The notes under the pieces were generated by a model that worked only from the letters and a program-made list of their open reading frames with translations, searched no databases and was not told the origin of the DNA. From positions 1-25,780 of the IMG/VR virus record IMGVR_UViG_3300045093_000058: 25,780 nt of DNA; one strand, given 5' to 3'. The translations under genes and the position numbers were made by a program. The DNA comes from a virus. Its lineage: Duplodnaviria > Caudoviricetes. Position 1 is the stretch's first letter. Every line of letters starts with the position of its first letter. Of this stretch, positions 18,299 through 25,222 are shown in pieces.

Positions 18299-19273
18299 AT
18301 GGCCGATCTGACGGTTTCTCACTATTCGACCGGAACGGCGACAGTCGCCGCCAACGGCACCAACGTCGTAGGGCAGGGGACGGCCTGGCTCGGCGCCGTG
18401 CGGCCGGGCGATCTGTTCGGCACGCATCGCGGCCTTTCGATCCGCATCCTGTCGGTCAACAGCAACACCAGCTTGACGTTGGCGCGCGCCTGGCCGGGGC
18501 TGGCGCAGACGGCAGCGGCGTACGAGATCCAGCGCACGCCCTATGACATGGGATACCGGCAGGCGATCGAAGACCTGATTACCGGTATCAGCGATGGCAA
18601 TTTGCCCATGTTGGCTGCGCTCACCGGCGCGGCGGACAAGCTTCCTTACTTCGATAGCGCGAATTCGATGGCGACGGCGGATTTCCCTGCATGGGCCCGG
18701 TCAATGCTCTCCCAGCCCGGCGCGGCGGACAAGCTTCCTTACCTCACAGGGGCAAATGGTGCGGCTCTCACGACTCTGACGAGCTTCGCGCGATCTCTCC
18801 TGGATGACGAGGATGCGGCAGCCTTCTATAGTACGCTCGGTCAGGTCCCCGCCGCCCAAATCCGCAACGATCTGCCGCCCGACAAGGCGTTCCGGCGCGG
18901 CAATATTCTAGGAACTGTGTCGCAGTCTGGTGGCGTGCCGACAGGGGCGGTGATCGAGCGGGGAAGCAATTCAAACGGCGAGTATGTGAGGCTCGCCGAT
19001 GGGACCCAAATCTGTTGGAACTTCGAGGCGGGTTCGGCCGATTGCAGCGACACCAATACCTTCTTGGGCAGTCTTTATCGTGGGGCCGTCGCTTGGTCGT
19101 TTCCCGCTGGATTCTCCGCCATCCCGAATGTCTTGGTCGTGACACGTACGAATAGTCGAGTTCCCGGGCCGGCAACCGCAACAACTTCGGCAAGCACTCT
19201 TTATCATCTGCAGGGAGTGAGTTCGTCCACGCTCACTGCCATTGGTGGAATCGCCGTTGGCCGGTGGAACTAA
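18299..19273 (+). CDS. Tail fibre protein: constant 155-aa N-terminus plus currently expressed variable tip V1
   Basis: GGAG RBS; YSTGTATV...VVGQGTAW anchor, ADKLPY repeats, C-terminal ERGSNSNGEYVRLADGTQICW...GRWN domain. Confidence 0.9.
   Translation: MADLTVSHYSTGTATVAANGTNVVGQGTAWLGAVRPGDLFGTHRGLSIRILSVNSNTSLTLARAWPGLAQTAAAYEIQRTPYDMGYRQAIEDLITGISDGNLPMLAALTGAADKLPYFDSANSMATADFPAWARSMLSQPGAADKLPYLTGANGAALTTLTSFARSLLDDEDAAAFYSTLGQVPAAQIRNDLPPDKAFRRGNILGTVSQSGGVPTGAVIERGSNSNGEYVRLADGTQICWNFEAGSADCSDTNTFLGSLYRGAVAWSFPAGFSAIPNVLVVTRTNSRVPGPATATTSASTLYHLQGVSSSTLTAIGGIAVGRWN
18624..18742 (+). repeat. 26-bp perfect direct repeat (18624-18649 and 18717-18742) encoding GAADKLPY
   Basis: CCGGCGCGGCGGACAAGCTTCCTTAC occurs twice with a 93-bp period. 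Confidence 0.9.
18764..18781 (+). repeat. Putative recombination site 1 (inside the expressed gene)
   Basis: GCTCTCACGACTCTGACG, read as ALTTLT. Confidence 0.9.
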
Positions 19274-19276
19274 GCT

Positions 19277-19290
19277 GCTCTCACGACTCT
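19277..19290 (+). repeat. Putative recombination site 2 (14-bp core only)
   Basis: GCTCTCACGACTCT followed by AAG, 3 bp after the V1 stop. Confidence 0.85.
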
Positions 19291-19657
19291 AAGTTCGTTC
19301 GCGCGATCCATGCTGGGCACCGCCAACGCCAGCGCCCTACACGATTTAATCGGCAGTGAAATTGAGTACGGCGAGAACGCCAATGGGCAATACGTGCGGT
19401 CACAGAGTGGACTGCAGATTTGTTGGTTCCAAGCATCCGGGTCGGAAGCGAATGACGTGACCGTTTTGCTGCCAGCCAACTTTATCGACAACTCTTATTC
19501 GATAGTCGGAATGACATCCGGTGGCGCGTCTACGGCAGTCGCAATGCCTAGGTTGGGTGGCCGAACGACATCGGCGGTCACCTTTAGAATTTCCAGTAGC
19601 TCCGATGCTCGCGTCAACGCTAACGCGACCTTCATTGCAATCGGAAGGTGGTTCTAG
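19277..19657 (+). other. Silent tail-fibre tip cassette V2 (126 aa)
   Basis: ALTTLSSFARSML...GENANGQYVRSQSGLQICW...IGRWF; no start codon at the cassette head. Confidence 0.85.
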
Positions 19658-19662
19658 AAGCC

Positions 19663-19680
19663 GCTCTCACGACTCTGACG
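19663..19680 (+). repeat. Putative recombination site 3
   Basis: GCTCTCACGACTCTGACG, 5 bp after the V2 stop. Confidence 0.9.
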
Positions 19681-20085
19681 GGCTTTGCCCGCACGATCTT
19701 GGACGACGGAAGCGCGGCCGCCGTCCGGCAAACCCTCGGGGTGGCGTTCGAAACGGGCAGCAATGCCAACGGCGAGTTTGCGCGCTACGCTGACGGAACG
19801 CAGATTTGCTGGAATGTCGTCAGAACTTCCGTGTCCGAAGGACACACCGTAAATTCCTCAGGTTGGTACGTGAGCGATGTAACTCCCGTAACTTTTCCTG
19901 TGTCGTTCGCGTCGGTGCCCAATATCGATACAACATCCAAAAGATCGTCACCCGACCAGGCGATCATATTCGCCTTCTGCAATTCGCCATCCGCTTCCGG
20001 ATTTGGCATCTACTCGGCGCGTACTATCGCCTCGACCGCATCGGGTTTCACGCAAGAATATGTGGCAATCGGCCGGTGGTTTTAG
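19663..20085 (+). other. Silent tail-fibre tip cassette V3 (140 aa)
   Basis: ALTTLTGFARTIL...GSNANGEFARYADGTQICW...IGRWF. Confidence 0.85.
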
Positions 20086-20301
20086 GCAGCGTTCGCTCGC
20101 TCGTTGGGGATTATAAAGTGGCACGTTACGGTGGCACACTCGGCTACAGGCAAAAAATCCCGACAATTTGCAATTCGGAGCGCCAATTTCGGCTCCAAAT
20201 CGGCCCGCCGGCACTATCATCCGCATAAAATTCACCGATATCGCCGGTTTTTCACCGTCAAATTCAGCGTGCCACCCCGGTGTGCCACCATCGCGGTATT
20301 T
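20086..20301. promoter_or_regulatory. Central non-coding spacer with mirrored heptamer pairs; candidate recombination accessory site
   Basis: GTGGCAC at 20118 and 20131; GTGCCAC at 20269 and 20282; A/T tracts between them. Function is inferred. Confidence 0.55.
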
Positions 20302-20712
20302 TCAAAGCCATCGTCCGACCGCAATGCACCACGCCATCATGCTCAAATCTGCGGGCCATGCTCCGTTCTGGAAGACTGCAAGGCTCATGGCCGTGTTGCC
20401 CGAATTCACTGACGGACGCTGCGAGTTTTCTCTGAACCCGGGAGGCGGGATCGAGTCGACCGCGAAGTCGGCATAGAACGGGGTAGCTGAAAAGGCGACC
20501 GGGAATGTCCACGATCCTGATGCGGTTGCGTCGGTGCTTTTAGTGATCGGAACAGACGGCGCCCCGCAAACCTGAAACCCATTTGCAAAGCGCACATAGC
20601 TGCCGTTTGCATTGGCCCCGATCTCGCTATCCACCCCGAGGGTTTGCCGGACGGCGGCCGCGCTTCCGTCGTCCAAGATCGTGCGGGCAAAGCCCGTCAG
20701 AGTCGTGAGAGC
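20302..20712 (-). other. Silent tail-fibre tip cassette V4 (136 aa)
   Basis: ALTTLTGFARTIL...GANANGSYVRFANGFQVC...VGRWL on the minus strand. Confidence 0.85.
20695..20712 (-). repeat. Putative recombination site 4 (inverted)
   Basis: CGTCAGAGTCGTGAGAGC on the + strand. Confidence 0.9.
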
Positions 20713-20725
20713 GGAGTGGAAGGAG

Positions 20726-21190
20726 CTAGAACCACCTGCCTACCGCCTCGGCATGAACGATGTTCCCGCCGGACGATCCATTGCTCCGCCAGCATCGCAA
20801 GATGGCCGATGAAGTGGTGGGAGACCCATTGAGCTGCATCACGCGCCCGTCTGCGCTCCCACTAGCTCCCAGGCCTCCTTCGGCGGCGCCCACAACCACA
20901 GGCGGAGCCGCAAAGGCTGCGGGGTATGTCCATTCGAAGGTCCCGTCGACCACTGCCGTCCGGATGAAACATTTTTGAGTACCATCGGCGCACCTGACGT
21001 AATTGCCTCCGGCATTGCTGTCCTGCTCGATGATCGCTCCGCTCGGTGACCCACCCGATTGCGACACAGCCCCGAGTATGTTTCCGCGCCTGAAAGCCTT
21101 ATCGGGCGGAAGATCATTTCGAACCTGCCCATTGGGTAGCTGCCCTCCAGCGAGCAGGTCTCGCGCCGCCGGCGTCAGAGTCGTGAGAGC
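20726..21190 (-). other. Silent tail-fibre tip cassette V5 (154 aa)
   Basis: ALTTLTPAARDLL...RNDLPPDKAFRRGNILG...YVRCADGTQKC...VGRWF. Confidence 0.85.
21173..21190 (-). repeat. Putative recombination site 5 (inverted)
   Basis: CGTCAGAGTCGTGAGAGC on the + strand. Confidence 0.9.
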
Positions 21191-21196
21191 CGCGCT

Positions 21197-21934
21197 TTAG
21201 AACCACCATCCGACGGCGAGATACCGAACGAAAAACAAAGTGCTTCCTTGGGATGTAAAGCGGAAGAGCTGGGCCCCGGGCGGCTGCGTGGAAGTACCTG
21301 AACCGACAGCCGTAGCAATGGAATAGAGTGACCCTCCAGTATTGCCACTAATCAGACCGACAACGGGCGGTCCGCTAAAGGAAGCGGGATAGGTCCCGAG
21401 GGGGGTTTCTCCGAGGCTCGAAAATCCACTACCGACCACAGAGCTGATCGGTCCGATATTGTCTGCTCTGCCGATGCAAATTTGCGTGCCATCAGCGAAG
21501 CGGACATACTCACCACTGGCATTTGCACCCCGCTCGATGATGCCGCCGGTAGGAACGCCACCGGATTGCCCCACGGTCGCAAGAATGTTCGAGCGACGAT
21601 ATATGTCGGACGTCCATGCCGTAAGTGTCGATGCACGCTTGTGTCTCCACCATTTGATGCCGGTGGTGAGGTCGAGATACTCTTGGTACCAGCCCGCCGA
21701 GTTGATGTACTCGGTATATACGATACCTGCCCCGGCTCCGGGCGGGACATCCATTGTCGCCGTGTCCTCGGAGAAGACATTCCGCCACCCGCTTTCAGTG
21801 ATGTTCGCGAGGGCGTCCGATCCTCCGGTAATACGTTCAGCAATGGCATTGGGTACGCTAAGACCTGCCCGCGCCGCTGCCGCATTCGCGTCCGCCAGTC
21901 TCTGACGCGCAAAGGCCGTCAGAGTCGTGAGAGC
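21197..21934 (-). other. Silent tail-fibre tip cassette V6 (245 aa) with an extra knob-like domain
   Basis: ALTTLTAFARQRL...ITESGW...WYQEY...KWWR...ERGANASGEYVRFADGTQIC...VGWWF. Confidence 0.85.
21917..21934 (-). repeat. Putative recombination site 6 (inverted, outer boundary)
   Basis: CGTCAGAGTCGTGAGAGC on the + strand, 30 bp before the next gene. Confidence 0.9.
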
Positions 21935-21964
21935 GGCATTTTTTCTTAAACCAAGGAGTGATCC

Positions 21965-22285
21965 ATGAGGATTTCCCTCAGCCCCCAGCGCCGTGATGAC
22001 GCGCTGGAGGTTCTGAAGCATGGTGACGTGCTTACAATCAACGGCGAAGAATTCGACTTTTCCGACCTGTCCAATGGCGAAAAGCTGCCTCGTGAGGCGG
22101 TCGATTGCGAATGGCTTGCCAGCGATGTCGAGCGGATCAATGGCGGCATCAGCTTGACGCTGATCCTGCCGCACGGGCCGAACCCATCGCAGGCCGTTGC
22201 CTTCCCCGAGACCCTGGTGAACCCCGCCAATGGTAAGCTGGCGCTCCCGCGCGATCCGGAACCGGAGGTGCCGGCCGATGAGTAA
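21965..22285 (+). CDS. Tail fibre-associated protein (probable assembly factor)
   Basis: AAGGAG RBS; MRISLSPQRRDD...GDVLTINGEEFDFS, a type I recall downstream of GRW-ending fibres. Confidence 0.75.
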   Translation: MRISLSPQRRDDALEVLKHGDVLTINGEEFDFSDLSNGEKLPREAVDCEWLASDVERINGGISLTLILPHGPNPSQAVAFPETLVNPANGKLALPRDPEPEVPADE

Positions 22286-22568
22286 TATCGATTGGTCCCA
22301 AATCATCACCCGTGAGCAGCGGGAAGCGGAAGCTAGGGCGGGGGCATGGGCTGCATTGCGGGGCGCTCGCGATGCGCGGCTCGCCGAACTCGACTGGCTG
22401 ATCACTCGCCATTACGAGGAGACCCTTGCAGAAGGCCGAACACCAACGCTGACGCCTCAATTGTTTGACGCCTTGTTCGTTTATCGTCAGGCTCTGCGTG
22501 ATCTTCCGGAAAACACCGAGGATCCGGCTCATCCGGTCTGGCCGGTCAACCCGTTGCTCGCCGCCTAA
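22278..22568 (+). CDS. Phage tail fibre assembly chaperone
   Basis: GGAGG RBS, ATG 22278; LRGARDARLAELDW...YRQALRDLPE...WP motif. Confidence 0.8.
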   Translation: MSNIDWSQIITREQREAEARAGAWAALRGARDARLAELDWLITRHYEETLAEGRTPTLTPQLFDALFVYRQALRDLPENTEDPAHPVWPVNPLLAA

Positions 22569-22654
22569 TCCCGGCTGCGATGCAGGAGTGCCAGCGCTGC
22601 CACGGCGATCAGGCCACCCACCGGTATTCCGAGCATAAAACTGAAAATGTCCAT
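22565..22654 (-). CDS. Putative 29-aa membrane peptide MDIFSFMLGIPVGGLIAVAALALLHRSRD
   Basis: GGGGGA RBS a few bases before the ATG on the minus strand; single hydrophobic helix and charged tail; too short for the ORF track. Confidence 0.55.
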   Translation of the reverse strand: MDIFSFMLGIPVGGLIAVAALALLHRSRD

Positions 22655-22693
22655 GTGATCCCCCATTCAACGGGCGGATGACACCATGATCCC

Positions 22694-22723
22694 GCCCCGC
22701 CGTCCATCGGGGCTTTTCTTTTT
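22694..22723 (+). terminator. Terminator-like hairpin before the lysis genes
   Basis: GCCCCG...CGGGGC followed by TTTTCTTTTT. Confidence 0.65.
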
Positions 22724-22742
22724 CCATCTCAGGGAGAACAGC

Positions 22743-23708
22743 ATGAAGCTGACAGTCGATCAGCTCGTGCCGCTCGCGCATGCGCGGGCGGACCGGGCCA
22801 ATATTGCGTCCGTAGTCGGGGCGCTGGACACCTATGGCGGTCGGGTGGGGCTCGATCAGCCGCATCGGATCGTCCACTATCTCGCGCAGATCATGCATGA
22901 AAGTGGCCGTTTCCGGTACGATCAGGAGGTTTGGGGGCCGACGCAGGCGCAGCAGCGTTACGATACGCGAACCGATCTCGGCAACACGCCTGAGCGGGAC
23001 GGAGACGGAGAACTCTACAAGGGCCGCACGGGTATCCAAATCACCGGCAGGGACAACTATCGCCAGTTCCGCGATTGGTGCCGAGAGATTGGGCTTACCC
23101 CTCCCGATTTCGTCGCCCGGCCTTCGGCCGTCAATTCCGACCCGTGGGAAGGTCTCGGGCCGATCTGGTATTGGTCGACCCGCAATCTCAATCGCTACGC
23201 CGATATCAACGATATCGAAATGATCACCCGCCGGATCAATGGCGGGCTCAATGGCTTCGCGGATCGTCTGGTGCTCTATACCGCAGTCGGGCTGCTTTGG
23301 CTGGGATATGGTGGCACCAAAGAAGAATTGAAGCGCTTTCAGGCCAGCGCCAAGGCGACCGGGGCGTACACTGGCGATGTCGATGGCATCGACGGTCCCA
23401 AGACGCGGGCGGCCATCCATAAGGGATTGGTTGAGCTGGGCACGGTTCGGGCGACCAAAGCCGCACCGGTAACCGAGGATGTCGCTGTTCCGGTCGCCAA
23501 CTCGGAAAGCACCGCGCCTCTCAACACAGGTCTATCGTTGGTGGGCCTCGGGGGTGTGGTGACGGCTATGGGCGATTTCCTCGGCGGCTTGCATCCGATC
23601 GTCCAGGGTGGCGCGCTACTGCTGATCGCGGCTGGTGCCGTCGTCGTTTGGCGTGACCGCGCCAAGATCGCCAAGGCAGCGCGCCAGATCCTCGCGGGGC
23701 GGGGATGA
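22743..23708 (+). CDS. Endolysin, glycoside hydrolase family 19, with peptidoglycan-binding segment and hydrophobic C-terminus
   Basis: AGGGAG RBS, ATG 22743; LAQIMHESG, YKGRTGIQITGRDNY, ITRRINGGLNG and VDGIDGPKTRAA motifs. Confidence 0.9.
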   Translation: MKLTVDQLVPLAHARADRANIASVVGALDTYGGRVGLDQPHRIVHYLAQIMHESGRFRYDQEVWGPTQAQQRYDTRTDLGNTPERDGDGELYKGRTGIQITGRDNYRQFRDWCREIGLTPPDFVARPSAVNSDPWEGLGPIWYWSTRNLNRYADINDIEMITRRINGGLNGFADRLVLYTAVGLLWLGYGGTKEELKRFQASAKATGAYTGDVDGIDGPKTRAAIHKGLVELGTVRATKAAPVTEDVAVPVANSESTAPLNTGLSLVGLGGVVTAMGDFLGGLHPIVQGGALLLIAAGAVVVWRDRAKIAKAARQILAGRG

Positions 23709-23998
23709 TCGATTGGTTGCTCTATCAGGTGCCCTGGTGGGTCTGGGCTTTGCTCGGGCTCGCCGTAGTCGGGGCGATTCAACGCGCAATCGGCTGGCGC
23801 AACGCAATCGCTGCGGCGGCCGTCATCGGCGCTGCGCTGTTTGGGCACCGGTCCCGCCAGCGCGGCTATCAGGATCGCCAAGCGCAGGAGGAAAAGGCCA
23901 GTGACACGCTCGAGGAATACTATCGTGAAATCGACAACCGCCCTCGTGATCCTGGCGACGCTTACGAGCGGCTGCACCAGCGTTCGCGCGATCGGTAG
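23705..23998 (+). CDS. Membrane lysis protein, probable i-spanin (Rz-like)
   Basis: Hydrophobic N-terminus, charged helical C-terminus, overlapped at its 3' end by a lipoprotein gene. Confidence 0.6.
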   Translation: MIDWLLYQVPWWVWALLGLAVVGAIQRAIGWRNAIAAAAVIGAALFGHRSRQRGYQDRQAQEEKASDTLEEYYREIDNRPRDPGDAYERLHQRSRDR

Positions 23999-24131
23999 CT
24001 GTCCGGACCTTCCTCCGCCGCCCGAAGCGGCCGTTATCGCCCTCCAGACCGCCGACAATCCAGTGGTCGACGAATGGGCGATCGATCTCGCCAACCATTA
24101 CGACAAGCTCGATGTCTGCAGGGGGCGTTAG
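23925..24131 (+). CDS. Probable o-spanin lipoprotein (Rz1-like)
   Basis: GAGGAA RBS, GTG 23925; signal peptide KSTTALVILATLTSGC with lipobox; Pro-rich mature part. Confidence 0.7.
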   Translation: MKSTTALVILATLTSGCTSVRAIGSCPDLPPPPEAAVIALQTADNPVVDEWAIDLANHYDKLDVCRGR

Positions 24132-24559
24132 TGGAGGAAGGGAAAGGCGACGATCTGCGGATCGGCCTGTTGCTCAAGATGATCGAGCGACAGGGTGAGC
24201 AGATCGATCAACTGGCGCGCAACGTCTCCACGGGGCACGACCGTTCGAGTGATAGCCGGGCAAAGCTGCATGAGCGCATTGATCACGTGGCCGAAAAGCT
24301 CGGCAAGATCGAGGGAGATATCCAGTTGTTGGGTAAGGTCGACGGGCAGGTGATGCGAGATGTCACCGAATTGGCGAAGACCGTCGATGCCAATCACCTG
24401 GCCGTCCGGCCGGCCGTCGAGGCCTGGGACGAGTTCGGCAAGCTCATGAAGACCGGGCGCAAGATCTCGCTCATCACCGGTATTTCGGGGATTACCCTTG
24501 TCGGATGGATCACCGGCGCCGGCGAAGCTGTATGGGAATGGCTGAAAACCAGAATGTAG
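24131..24559 (+). CDS. Coiled-coil protein with C-terminal membrane segment (DUF1515-like, holin candidate)
   Basis: GTG overlapping the previous stop; SRAKLHERID motif; hydrophobic C-terminus. Confidence 0.55.
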   Translation: MEEGKGDDLRIGLLLKMIERQGEQIDQLARNVSTGHDRSSDSRAKLHERIDHVAEKLGKIEGDIQLLGKVDGQVMRDVTELAKTVDANHLAVRPAVEAWDEFGKLMKTGRKISLITGISGITLVGWITGAGEAVWEWLKTRM

Positions 24560-24562
24560 CGG

Positions 24563-24820
24563 CTATTCCATATCCGGCACCGGACCGAAGCGGAACAGCA
24601 CTTCGGGCTCACCATATTCCCCTAGGTTGGGATCGGCCGTGCGCGACCAGGCAATCACGGCTGGATAGGTGCTGACCAGTGAGCCGGCCTCGATCCTGGC
24701 TCGCTGCTCGCTCTGGTATTCGCGAGGTTCGAAGGCGGGACGCAACCCGCCTTCACCGTCATCTTCAAAGGCTATCACCACGATGAGCTTGGCGGGTGTC
24801 GTCGGGTTATTTGAGGACAT
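24563..24820 (-). CDS. Hypothetical protein (85 aa)
   Basis: Globular-looking LIVVIAF...VIAWSR...GEYGEPEVLF sequence; overlaps the upstream minus-strand gene. Confidence 0.75.
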   Translation of the reverse strand: MSSNNPTTPAKLIVVIAFEDDGEGGLRPAFEPREYQSEQRARIEAGSLVSTYPAVIAWSRTADPNLGEYGEPEVLFRFGPVPDME

Positions 24821-25160
24821 CTTCGTATCCTAGCGCTTGTTGCGTCTCGTAGAGCACCGCCTCGAGTTCGTCGCACGCGTCCCATTGATCGTCGAATGTT
24901 GAGGCCGATCGTGCGGCCTCGATCGCCGGGGTCAATTTTGCCAGACATTCTTTCGAGGCCAGCGGGGCGTAGCGCGCCGCGTCGTCGATAAATTCGGCAA
25001 CGACGGCGATGAAGGTGGCAAGGGAAACAGCGACCTCGTTGTCGGTAGCGCCGTCTTCCCAATAATCCCAAGCGACAATCATGTGCTCAAAGGCTTTTTC
25101 GGCCCGCGCATGAAGATATTGAGCGGTCGGTTCCTGCGTCATCACATTCACCATAGGCAT
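24807..25160 (-). CDS. Hypothetical acidic helical protein (117 aa)
   Basis: ORF starts immediately after the LexA box; exact start codon uncertain. Confidence 0.65.
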   Translation of the reverse strand: MPMVNVMTQEPTAQYLHARAEKAFEHMIVAWDYWEDGATDNEVAVSLATFIAVVAEFIDDAARYAPLASKECLAKLTPAIEAARSASTFDDQWDACDELEAVLYETQQALGYEDVLK

Positions 25161-25163
25161 CTT

Positions 25164-25178
25164 GTTCTCACTATGTTC
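25164..25178. promoter_or_regulatory. Alphaproteobacterial LexA (SOS) box
   Basis: GTTC-TCACTAT-GTTC matches GTTC-N7-GTTC exactly, in a 62-bp divergent intergenic gap. Confidence 0.8.
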
Positions 25179-25222
25179 TCATTTTATGACTCCACTCGTG
25201 CTTTCGCGCAAGGGTGTTGTGA

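Noticed and set aside
18624-18742. 26-bp direct repeat as an additional recombination site
   Set aside because: It is unrelated to the six-copy motif, absent from the cassettes and explained by duplication of the ADKLPY fibre shaft unit.
20104-20476. 102-aa plus-strand ORFs across the central spacer
   Set aside because: No recognisable motifs or RBS, and they overlap cassette V4 in antisense.
19310-21067. ORF-track starts at 19310, 19648, 20676 and 21067 as independent genes
   Set aside because: They lack convincing RBSs, and homology begins at the repeat site rather than at these codons, so they are better read as silent cassettes.
18764-21934. CRISPR array or integron reading of the recurring 14-18-bp repeat
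   Set aside because: Spacing is hundreds of bp, orientations are mixed, the intervening DNA is homologous coding sequence, and there is no cas gene, intI or attC-like palindrome.
18299-21934. Diversity-generating retroelement
   Set aside because: No reverse transcriptase in the window and no template/variable repeat pair differing only at adenines; cassettes diverge throughout.
21197-22405. 402-aa minus-strand ORF as a complete gene
   Set aside because: Only 21197-21937 is fibre-like. The upstream part is the antisense shadow of the two chaperone genes.
22149-23420. 423-aa minus-strand ORF
   Set aside because: Antisense to the chaperone and endolysin genes, with no recognisable recombinase or other motif.
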